Positions 6,701 through 14,360 of a stretch of DNA of 25,148 nt are shown in pieces. Both the position numbers and the translations under genes were made by a program. This DNA is from an uncultured Thermoplasmata archaeon. GTDB taxonomy: Archaea > Thermoplasmatota > Penumbrarchaeia > JAEHCK01. The notes below the pieces were generated by a model, which searched no databases, was not told the DNA's origin, and saw only the letters and a program-made list of their open reading frames with translations. Location: contig CBFDAW010000001.1 in assembly GCA_965602865.1 (NCBI GenBank), forward strand, positions 1 through 25,148. The letters run 5' to 3'. The number at the start of each line of letters is the position of its first letter. Position 1 is the stretch's first letter.

Positions 6701-8514
6701 ATCCAATAAAGAATCAAACAGTAAACCTCGGTGTTAAAATCAGTAATGATGGTAATAAGGATGACACAGTAAATATAAAACTCTCCACACCCACGGATTG
6801 GGTGGCTAGCTTCAATACTAGTGTTGATCTGCTACTGGGGGAGGAAAAAGAGATTGAAATTATATTAACCTGTAACGAAAATGTAGCTGCTGGAGAGCAT
6901 AGTTTTAATCTTAATATAGGTTCCATTGATAACCAAGGTAATACCTCAAAGATTCTAATCGTGAATATCTTAAGACCGGATCTGAATTTTTCCGGTAATA
7001 TTACAATGACCCCGCCCCAGCCAAGCTTGTCCACCACTATTACATTCACCACAACGATCCAGAACATGGGTACGGCTAATGCAAATATGTTCATTGTAGA
7101 GTTTAGAGTGCGAAGTTCGATACAAGACACAAGACAAGTGTACAATCTCACCGCTGGTGGGCAGATGCGATTAATCTTCAACTGGACACCTTCAAGTACA
7201 GGTAAATATTTAATTGAATTCGAGCTCGATCCATATGAACATTTAATCGAAATAAGTAAAGAGAACAATATTAATACAATGCAACTTGAGTTCAATGCTG
7301 ACCTGGCACTAATTGAAGAGCCCAAGTTCTCCAATACACGGCCATACGATGGCGACAAAATTACGATCTCAATTACTATTGATAATATTGGCAATGTGGA
7401 TATTACCGACTCGTTCACCGTAGATTTTTATGATGGTGACCCCAACTCCGGCGGGGATCGGTTCGAGCAATATATTGTAACTGAAGAAATCCCCACAGGG
7501 CGTGACATTGACATCTCGGTTCATTGGATTGCCCGCGGTGGAGGAAAAGAGCATACTATTTATGTCGATGCAAATCCTGAACACGATTTCGAAGAGATCG
7601 ATTATGAGAACAATGCAAATTATAGGACTATTACTGTTACCAAAAAACCAGGAGTAGAGGAGGATTACTCTCTTTTAATTGCTTTAATTTTCATTATTGG
7701 CATAATATTAATAATCTTTCTAGTACTGGCTCCGAGTAAACAAAAGGCTGTTAAAGATCAAGAGAAGGATAAAGATCAGGCTAAACCTAAATCTAAATCC
7801 AAGAAATCCGGAAAAGGAGCAGAAAAAGTTAAAGGCTCAGAAAAGGAAAAGCAAAAAGCACTCGAGAAGGTTAAAAGTAAGCCTGGGGAATCGACGAAGG
7901 AGGTAAAGTTTAAGATAGTGGGTGAAGAAAAGGGTGAGATTCATGAAGATGCCGAGGTTAAAGAGCTTGAAGCTGAAGAAAACGAAGAAGGCACGGAATC
8001 TGAGGTAACCGCTCAAGAAGAAATAGAAGCTGAGGAAACCGATGACAAGTCACCTCGCGTTCGTCATCGTGGTGGTAAACAACGGCTTGGGAAAAAAGTT
8101 ACGTCAGGGTTAGGTAATCTAATCTCCGGTCGCTGGCTGCCCGTGTCCAAGACTAAACCCAAGATTACCGCCGGTGCTGAAGAGGAAGAAGAAGATCAAG
8201 TGTCGGTTGATGAGGAATATGAAACGTTAGCCGAGATGGATGAGCCGGATACCGTGGAACCTATGGTCGATGAAGATGAGTTAGCCGAAATCGAAGTTGC
8301 CGAAGTCGAGGTGGTAAGTGAAGAACCATTAGCTGAGCTCGAGCCAGAACCTACGGAAGTTACCGGGATGGAAGTGGATGCTATTGATGAGGTAGAACTT
8401 GAAGAGGAGCTGGAGGAGCTCGCCAGCGAAGAAGAGGAAGAATCTAAAGATAAGAAAGATAAACGTAAAAAAGACCCGGGCTGGGAATACTCTCATATGA
8501 TTGGTATTAGATAA
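3727..8514 (+). CDS. Large single-pass cell-surface protein: signal peptide, FG-GAP/PQQ-like beta-propeller, several CARDB and other Ig-like domains, TM anchor, long charged cytoplasmic tail
   Basis: Hydrophobic N-terminus. Ca-binding FG-GAP-type motifs (DLDGDGFPEIV, DLDDDNKLDVL, DIDKDGFLDVV). Four CARDB-like starts (DLTL...VHNNG, PDLII...VKNIG, PDLNF...IQNMG, ADLAL...IDNIG). TM LLIALIFIIGIILIIFLVLA near 7672-7731, then Lys-rich and Glu-rich tail. Confidence 0.88.
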   Translation: MIMPVESSRRWRGYCFICGIVFILCSVLIITPITWGADPKLSICMNSNTTYKSRTQITARNSEPIWPMFGKDQYHSHVTASVNKGIHKPALKWDHWSEDLIIGNSIDSWATTVGNFTFNINGDDRNVEHVAYADSGHIIVADGSTGNVSWQLNVDQIDNQIDNDLVFTAPTLGFIDDNNDLDIVFGSSDGNLYMYEPKITYDKDSGYSWSTNNVIDEKVWQSSTGENFTESSPVLAKLDTDNYFDVVVGAGDKLFAVSGTTGNELWNKTLPGNIISSPIVYEDGTKKTVMVTSFLQSPLNFSANFFNGETGNSLDKLYFDLVLNPGTLDLLPSTAANDLDENMNNGFELIVCTPFEGIFSNGRVYVYHTNRSLFWSTGEDQITGQIDSTPAVGDLDGDGFPEIVIVSWNQGTIGPLTNVYAFHGNNGSLVWHVVKDTIGVPQPPYTNERAVASPILADLDDDNKLDVLFGTSPNLFAISGLNGTDLWEFSLEGQGRRLWSTPAAGDIDKDGFLDVVFEGAAISHVIIDLTLSGADLYLSTENITENQPVTIHAVVHNNGSAAADDVKVSFFENGLLIGNGTKNSIPAFDSRELIMDWTPKKEGTQTLKVILDPDEAIEEINELNNEVSKEINVIPSYPDLIIDAVYYYRGDGSEVDNMNTHLIEDEVATITIIVKNIGKDEAENIQISAKDSGISIDNDKDLALLDIQGTGNVTFVWSQPDPGSHELTFYVSLEDTNQELNISNNDRIDQIIVNSKIPIDPTFYSEGVVLQPNNVTAAVNIDVRFTNNRTGSQIITTTNETGFYSIDLSTLPGQYYEGDEIVIFASDGENATSLMFVIYSEDLIRFDNITLVKVPIYAISISVDDASLEVLPNGEVEYHLTITNRGNEENTVNLSISDILDVQTNEIPANWSASLNQYIITGIPPKGSFPVILTLEAPAKRSEARAKDQVLVAVSAKSAYDPNQIDIVGMTTTVARLYEFSINIDSPIIALDPIKNQTVNLGVKISNDGNKDDTVNIKLSTPTDWVASFNTSVDLLLGEEKEIEIILTCNENVAAGEHSFNLNIGSIDNQGNTSKILIVNILRPDLNFSGNITMTPPQPSLSTTITFTTTIQNMGTANANMFIVEFRVRSSIQDTRQVYNLTAGGQMRLIFNWTPSSTGKYLIEFELDPYEHLIEISKENNINTMQLEFNADLALIEEPKFSNTRPYDGDKITISITIDNIGNVDITDSFTVDFYDGDPNSGGDRFEQYIVTEEIPTGRDIDISVHWIARGGGKEHTIYVDANPEHDFEEIDYENNANYRTITVTKKPGVEEDYSLLIALIFIIGIILIIFLVLAPSKQKAVKDQEKDKDQAKPKSKSKKSGKGAEKVKGSEKEKQKALEKVKSKPGESTKEVKFKIVGEEKGEIHEDAEVKELEAEENEEGTESEVTAQEEIEAEETDDKSPRVRHRGGKQRLGKKVTSGLGNLISGRWLPVSKTKPKITAGAEEEEEDQVSVDEEYETLAEMDEPDTVEPMVDEDELAEIEVAEVEVVSEEPLAELEPEPTEVTGMEVDAIDEVELEEELEELASEEEEESKDKKDKRKKDPGWEYSHMIGIR

Positions 8515-8582
8515 AATAAATGAAGTGCACCCCTCAAAGTAGACAACTAGTTAAGCAATACCAAAACATCTTTATTCATTTA

Positions 8583-9536
8583 TTAATAAAAGGCTTCCAA
8601 GAATAAAATTATTTGAAATAGTATCACCCCGAGCCGTGTCCCTGTGCGGATATTGCGCTCGAAAGCGCGCCAACTGGTAGAATCATCACCTTTCAGCACC
8701 ACACGGTAAGTATCAACCCAGGTTATTATCAATATTGATTCGAAAACTACAGCACCCCATAGATATAGATCGCCAAAAATGATCGGAAAGCCGAACCACC
8801 CGAAATAGGAAATCGGAAATATTAAGACGAATCCAAAATAAAATGGTAAGACCACGAACATGGACCGCAGTCGACCCAACCGAACCGGTGTGGTTCGATA
8901 ACCCGCTTTTATATCTCCTTTTATATCCCCGGCACAAACCATAATCTCTCTACCAACTTCCATGATACCAATAGCAAAGGCAAGCGGTAACATGGAGACC
9001 AGGTCTGTTGGCTTTACGGCAATGGCTCCCCAATATGGTATAACACCTACACCAAATGCCACTAGAACATGTCCAAACAAACCTGTATATTTCCCCGAGT
9101 GATTGTATAGTATTCCCACTACCATTACGACTAATGTTAATAACCCGCAGTAAAGGTTTAACCCAAATGGCAATAACGCGCCATTTGAGTTTAAAGCCAA
9201 AGTGGTACAAAAACTAAGCACGACCGCTGCACCCATTAGTACGATCCCCATTAGGCGTGCGGTTTTAGGTGAGATCACACCTGCCGGAAGTGGTTTATCC
9301 GGCCGATTCACACGGTCCGATTCCAAGTCGGTGTAATCGTTATGTACCATAAGTCCCGCCGCAAGTAAACCCGCGGCTATTAATGATAATAAAAAAGCTG
9401 TTTGGTCTAGCGCCACCCCCTGACCTAATGTTACATTTAATGCACCTACACAAGCACCAAAAATACTTATGAAAACAATAGGCGGTCGAACGATCCTAAA
9501 CCAAGCCATAATCTTATTCATGTTTTTAGTTACCAT
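8583..9536 (-). CDS. UbiA-family prenyltransferase, digeranylgeranylglyceryl-phosphate-synthase-like
   Basis: Multi-TM protein. First Asp-rich motif NDYTDLESDRVNRPDKPLPAG is canonical; the second region REIMVCAGDIKGD is divergent. Confidence 0.85.
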   Translation of the reverse strand: MVTKNMNKIMAWFRIVRPPIVFISIFGACVGALNVTLGQGVALDQTAFLLSLIAAGLLAAGLMVHNDYTDLESDRVNRPDKPLPAGVISPKTARLMGIVLMGAAVVLSFCTTLALNSNGALLPFGLNLYCGLLTLVVMVVGILYNHSGKYTGLFGHVLVAFGVGVIPYWGAIAVKPTDLVSMLPLAFAIGIMEVGREIMVCAGDIKGDIKAGYRTTPVRLGRLRSMFVVLPFYFGFVLIFPISYFGWFGFPIIFGDLYLWGAVVFESILIITWVDTYRVVLKGDDSTSWRAFERNIRTGTRLGVILFQIILFLEAFY

Positions 9537-9573
9537 GTGAAGAGATTTAAGAGTTACGGAAATGTTAAGAAAA

Positions 9574-10410
9574 TTATTCAGGTTTTTTTTCTGTTACTGA
9601 TTTACTATTTGTGGCACTCTTTTTAGGTTTCGTAGTACTTTTTTTTATTTTTGTAGCACTTTTTTTGGTTTTGGTAGTACTTGGTTTCGTCTCACCGGCG
9701 TCCTCCTTTATTTCGGGTTCCAATACGGCTTCTTCTCCTTTTGTTTCTTCCGATGCCGATGCCGGCGCTATCGTAGTCTCCTCAGCAGCAACCATCATCT
9801 CAGGTCCCCTTTCTGGTACTCCTCGTATTTCTGATCTGCGGATTTCTACTCGTTTAATCGGATAGATAGGTTTGCATTGTTTAAAGATTAACGAAGAGAT
9901 CTCACCGGACAACATTTCTCGGATCAATTCACTCACCAATTTATCTTTTGCTTGTTTTTCAATTACATTTTTCATAATAATCCGAATCGCATGTTGTTGT
10001 GAGGTTTGGATACGTTTTTCCGTCACTGCCATTGGCTTGATCCGGAGCGTAAAACCGTCTTTTGTTAGTACATCAAACACTCCATCGGTTTTTGACCGTT
10101 TTCGGCGCGTTAAACGCCGAATATAGTCGCTCGTTAAATTATGACCTATAAAATTCGAAAAAGCATCCGAACCTTTAATCGAATCGATCCTAAAATTAAG
10201 TTTAATATGCATTTTAGAGAAATCACCAGTCAACTGTTGAAGGGTAACGTCCATCATTCGCCCGATGACCTTATTCGGGTCATCCGCCGGGGTTTCACCA
10301 ATCTGAACTGCCTCGAACATATCCGGTGCCATTACTCGATACCAATTTTTTGCTCGCCATCTATCCTTAACTTTCCGTGCTGCAGCGCGTGATGAACTCT
10401 TAGAAGCCAC
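9574..10410 (-). CDS. rps3ae: 30S ribosomal protein S3Ae (eS1) with long C-terminal extension
   Basis: KVKDRWRAKNWY, GRMMDVTLQQLTGDFSKMHIKL and PIYPIKRVEIRRSE are typical of archaeal eS1. GTG start with GAGGAGG SD at 10418-10424. Confidence 0.96.
   Translation of the reverse strand: MASKSSSRAAARKVKDRWRAKNWYRVMAPDMFEAVQIGETPADDPNKVIGRMMDVTLQQLTGDFSKMHIKLNFRIDSIKGSDAFSNFIGHNLTSDYIRRLTRRKRSKTDGVFDVLTKDGFTLRIKPMAVTEKRIQTSQQHAIRIIMKNVIEKQAKDKLVSELIREMLSGEISSLIFKQCKPIYPIKRVEIRRSEIRGVPERGPEMMVAAEETTIAPASASEETKGEEAVLEPEIKEDAGETKPSTTKTKKSATKIKKSTTKPKKSATNSKSVTEKKPE
9598..9681 (-). repeat. Four 21-bp tandem units encoding the Lys/Thr/Ser-rich eS1 tail
   Basis: Minus strand: agtactaccaaaaccaaaaaa / agtgctacaaaaataaaaaaa / agtactacgaaacctaaaaag / agtgccacaaatagtaaatca = STTKTKK SATKIKK STTKPKK SATNSKS. 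Confidence 0.85.
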
Positions 10411-10417
10411 TATTTCG

Positions 10418-10476
10418 CCTCCTCAGCATAAATTTTGCATCCCCCTGTAGGTGTGTACAGTATTTATATTTTTTCG
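10418..10476 (-). promoter_or_regulatory. BRE-TATA and SD of rps3ae
   Basis: Minus strand cgaaaaaatataaata (10461-10476), then GAGGAGG 7 nt before the GTG. Confidence 0.65.
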
Positions 10477-10542
10477 GCTCGAAATTATAAAAAAAAGAAT
10501 AAATTGATGCCGCTAATGCCAAATTATTATTGATATGTTAGA

Positions 10543-11346
10543 TTAAATTCCATCATTGTCAATGTCTGCCGCATAATCCTTATTCTCTGCTGGTGGTTGC
10601 TGGTTGGGTTCTAGGACATCTATATCGAAAACAAAAACCGGATCCGGCGCTTCACCCGAGAGTTCGACAATTATATCGATTTCTTTGTTATTTTCCTGAA
10701 TTTTTATTGGTTCCGAGTCTAAGTCTTTATTCTTATTAATCACAGGTGAATCTACACCGCCTACACCCGTTCCATCATTTGCGTAATTAAACGGTTCAAA
10801 ATCATCAGGGTCAAGAATATCGTCATCATCGCAGTCCGGGTCATTGGGATAAGTCTTCATGATTTTAATGGCCCCATCCTCGGCAGTGTATGGTCGGTAA
10901 TATTCCTCATAGTTATCATAATGTGTTCCATCCTCATCGAATACTTTATCTATGAATCTGATAGTCGGATTTGATGGCCATACCATGTCACCCTGAGTAT
11001 AGGTTTTAATTGCTTCAAAGCTCGCTTCACTTTCACTCTTAGATGTATTATAGGGCGGGTAATAATCTATATCTTCATGAGCATCTGACGAATCACCGGG
11101 GTTCAAACCAAAATCAAAGAAGTCAAATTCCCAATCATCCGGGAGACCATCATTATCCGAGTCTGAGTTATAAGGGTCCGACCCTCTGACAAACTCCTCC
11201 CAAGTGAGAATGCCATCGCCGTCAGGATCGCTAAATAAAAAACTTTCTTCTTCCTGTGAACCTTCAGCTAGCGCAAGACTAGTAAATGCTGTTATAAGTA
11301 ACATTAATCCTATGAAAACCGGTATTTTAATTCTATTCATTCTCAT
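10543..11346 (-). CDS. Secreted acidic protein with thrombospondin-type-3-like Ca-binding repeats
   Basis: Signal peptide (IPVFIGLMLLITAFTSLALA). DPDGDGILTWEE, DSDNDGLPDDWE and DCDDDDILDPDD motifs. AGGTGA SD favours the ATG at 11346 over the GTG at 11355. Confidence 0.78.
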   Translation of the reverse strand: MRMNRIKIPVFIGLMLLITAFTSLALAEGSQEEESFLFSDPDGDGILTWEEFVRGSDPYNSDSDNDGLPDDWEFDFFDFGLNPGDSSDAHEDIDYYPPYNTSKSESEASFEAIKTYTQGDMVWPSNPTIRFIDKVFDEDGTHYDNYEEYYRPYTAEDGAIKIMKTYPNDPDCDDDDILDPDDFEPFNYANDGTGVGGVDSPVINKNKDLDSEPIKIQENNKEIDIIVELSGEAPDPVFVFDIDVLEPNQQPPAENKDYAADIDNDGI

Positions 11347-11576
11347 TAATCTCACCTATTTTAGGTTTAAATTTTACATCTATTTAACCTGTATATCGAA
11401 TTAAGTATATATATACTTTATAGGACAATTATCGAATATTCCAGCGCCATATATTTGAAAATATAAATGAACGAGATAAAATTATCACTCCGACTATATA
11501 ACTGTTTTGTATAATTATTATAATTACTGACTAAGTTTTGAAAGGAGCAATATTTATTGTCCTTAATGTATAAAAA

Positions 11577-13295
11577 TTATATTAATTTCTCTACCTGATT
11601 GGTAGGGATAGTTAGTTCTTTACTTTTACCGGCGAGCCAGGCAATAACCATCCCCAAATCTCCCCGTAAAATGTCACCGCTTGCCGAACCGCCTATCACT
11701 TGAACAGTGACCCAGTTCTTGGCTTTAAATTTCGACCGTAATGCATGCGCAGTTGGCACCTCTGATTCTCCTTCTGTCAACCCCTTTAGGGCTTTACTTA
11801 ACTGGCCATGTTTAATTAGTTCATGCAACTTTTTTTGGATTGCCTCAACGGTTTGCGATTCAAAAAATGCGAATAATAGCGGTACTTTGCCCTTAATATC
11901 CCCACCATATATCTTCCCACGGCCACCCATGCCCCCAAGGTAACGTACCTCGAGAGTAACGTTTTGGGAAATATTCAATGAACGCTGATAGGTCTTAGGC
12001 AGATCCTTAGACACATCTTCTATAGTACGATAGGTTTCTAACATGCGTTTATCAAAGACCAAGGTTGTAAGTTCGCTCTCCAGATCTTCTTGAGAAAAGC
12101 CGCGTGCACCCCAGACCGAATTATGTTCAAACTCTTCGATTACAATATTTCGAAAGCCAAAGTAATATAATAACGAAGACAAAATACCTTTTACCTGGTC
12201 TGAATTCTGTCTCGTTATAAACAAACAGATACCAGGAATCATGTCTGGAGAGATCATTTCCATTTTCTCTTGATAATATTCCAGTCTATTTTCAAGATTC
12301 ACAATGCTAGTCTGGAGCCGATCTATTTCGCTCCCATAAAATTCTATCTGCTTCCATTTCGGCTTATCACGATCACCAACGGTTTCTAGCATCTCCATTA
12401 TTGCTTTCGTATTATGTCTAAGGCCAATGGGCATAGCCTTTCGATATTTTGCAATGGTATCCTTTTCACGCTTGATCTGGTTCTCCAATCGCTCTATTTC
12501 TTTAGTGACTTCATCATTACTCTCTTCAATGAATTTTTCGCACTCTGACTCTAATGTTCGCCCGAATTTATAAAGATTATCAATCTGTACCGAAAAACTC
12601 TCGACTGAACGCTCTAGAAATCTTTCATTCATGAATTCAATAGGATTCTCTGTGAATAATGTGACGATACGGTCACATTCATTTTCTATACCCAGTAACA
12701 CAGAAATTGCCATTGAAAGTTTAATCAATTTACGTTCTGTCAATTTCAATTCCTGGATCCAATCTCGAAGTTTAAGTATTCCGGAATATTTTGATAGCAT
12801 CCAAAGGTTATCTGCAACTGCACAAAGCAATACAAAAAGTTTGGTAGATTCTTCCTTTGCCCAGATCTTTTCATTAATATATTCGGCATATGATAACAAA
12901 CCACCTGTATGAACATATTGTAAATAGATCACCAACAATGCACTGGTGGTGGGAAATTCTCGCTCTATATTTTCTGGTGAATAGATTAAATTGTTGCTGG
13001 AAAACTCGAAAGATTTTCCTTTGAATAAATGATGGTCTACACAGAATGTGTTATTATCCAATTGTTTTGGCTGAATATCTACATAAAAATAGAGTTTATC
13101 GCTTTCGTGTTTTATTGATGGAAGTCCCATATGCGAAATTGCCTGCATATCTTTTGGGTCCACTTCATAATCAAAGATTTTTAGCAGGTTTCGTGCAATA
13201 ATACCACTGAGCAATCCATCGGTATCATTATGAAAAATAATTGACCCAGATTTGATTTTCTTGCGTAATTTTTTTAAATTTCGCAGAAATTTCAT
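11577..13295 (-). CDS. DHH-superfamily phosphoesterase with coiled-coil insertion
   Basis: Motif I IIFHNDTDG, motif II FYVD, motif III CVDHH, motif IV AVADN, and a Gly-rich DHHA1-like segment (YLGGMGGRGKIYGG). GGTGA 4 nt before the ATG. Confidence 0.75.
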   Translation of the reverse strand: MKFLRNLKKLRKKIKSGSIIFHNDTDGLLSGIIARNLLKIFDYEVDPKDMQAISHMGLPSIKHESDKLYFYVDIQPKQLDNNTFCVDHHLFKGKSFEFSSNNLIYSPENIEREFPTTSALLVIYLQYVHTGGLLSYAEYINEKIWAKEESTKLFVLLCAVADNLWMLSKYSGILKLRDWIQELKLTERKLIKLSMAISVLLGIENECDRIVTLFTENPIEFMNERFLERSVESFSVQIDNLYKFGRTLESECEKFIEESNDEVTKEIERLENQIKREKDTIAKYRKAMPIGLRHNTKAIMEMLETVGDRDKPKWKQIEFYGSEIDRLQTSIVNLENRLEYYQEKMEMISPDMIPGICLFITRQNSDQVKGILSSLLYYFGFRNIVIEEFEHNSVWGARGFSQEDLESELTTLVFDKRMLETYRTIEDVSKDLPKTYQRSLNISQNVTLEVRYLGGMGGRGKIYGGDIKGKVPLLFAFFESQTVEAIQKKLHELIKHGQLSKALKGLTEGESEVPTAHALRSKFKAKNWVTVQVIGGSASGDILRGDLGMVIAWLAGKSKELTIPTNQVEKLI

Positions 13296-13687
13296 ACAGT
13301 CACCGGGTTTAATAGTATTTATCTCATCATCGTAATTGGATACATCAAAGATCTCTAGATGTGGCTGTCTATATTTATCTAAAAACTTTTTAGGACTTTT
13401 TTTTAATCTTCTGCGTTTCAGGGTATACCCTCCATAAATTAGGGTATTTTTTTTTATCTATTTGCGACTCCTAAAAAATATATCAATATTAAAATGTTTA
13501 GTATGAAAGGTTAATTCTATGAAAATTATAAGTGAATGGTAAATAATGGCGTTCTGAGTATTACCGTAAAAGGTAATTCAACGATAATACTATATAGTCA
13601 AGATACCTTTTATGCTTTAACAAAGCACAATACCAGACCAATTTGAGAACCCGTAAAAATAATTTAAAAATTTTAGAGGTGAAAAAT

Positions 13688-14359
13688 ATGCCGGAAGAAA
13701 GTGAGCAACCAAATACGGAATCAGAAGGTGCCCCACCAGCGCCACCGAGTGCCCCAGCACCAGCAGAGGTAGCTAGTCAATCTGAAGCTGGAGCCGCACC
13801 ACCCGACGCATCGGCACAACCCGAAGCCCCGTCTTCGGAGCTCGAAGGCGAACCTGTAACACCAGACCCTGAGTTTTCAGGAATGCTTGTTGAGAAAGGT
13901 GCCTCGACATTGAATCTATGCTTTCAATGTGGTACCTGTACAGGAAGTTGTGCGTCTGGTCGTTTTACCGCGTTCAGGACACGAAAGGTGGTACGTCGAG
14001 CCCAGTTGGGTTTAAAGGATCAGATTTTACCCTCGGACGATCTGTGGATGTGCACAACATGTTATACTTGTTATGAACGCTGTCCACGAGGTGTGGAGAT
14101 ACCGGATATTATCTTTTTACTCAGGAACCTAGCCGTCCAGGCGGGGTATATGGGAGAGGCACATAAAAAGGTGGCTGGATTATTAGTCAAGACCGGTCAT
14201 ATGGTGCCCTTAAGTGAAGAGTACCAGGCAGTGCGCGAGAAGATGGGTTTAAAAGTAAAACCCGATACTGTTCTAACAAATGAGAAAGCAAAAGGCGACT
14301 TTGATAAACTAGTTCGAATCTGTCAATTCGATAACTTAATTGGGAAAGGTGGTGAATAA
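13688..14359 (+). CDS. hdrC: Heterodisulfide reductase subunit C (two [4Fe-4S] motifs) with Pro/Ala/Glu-rich N-terminal extension
   Basis: CFQCGTCTGSC and WMCTTCYTCYERCPRGV. Directly upstream of hdrB. GAGGTGA SD supports the ATG at 13688. Confidence 0.92.
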   Translation: MPEESEQPNTESEGAPPAPPSAPAPAEVASQSEAGAAPPDASAQPEAPSSELEGEPVTPDPEFSGMLVEKGASTLNLCFQCGTCTGSCASGRFTAFRTRKVVRRAQLGLKDQILPSDDLWMCTTCYTCYERCPRGVEIPDIIFLLRNLAVQAGYMGEAHKKVAGLLVKTGHMVPLSEEYQAVREKMGLKVKPDTVLTNEKAKGDFDKLVRICQFDNLIGKGGE

Positions 14360-14360
14360 C

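Noticed and set aside
13560-13577. attacc-gtaaaa-ggtaat dyad just upstream of the hdrC TATA-like box
   Set aside because: Only 6-bp arms and no match to an operator I can name; compatible with chance.
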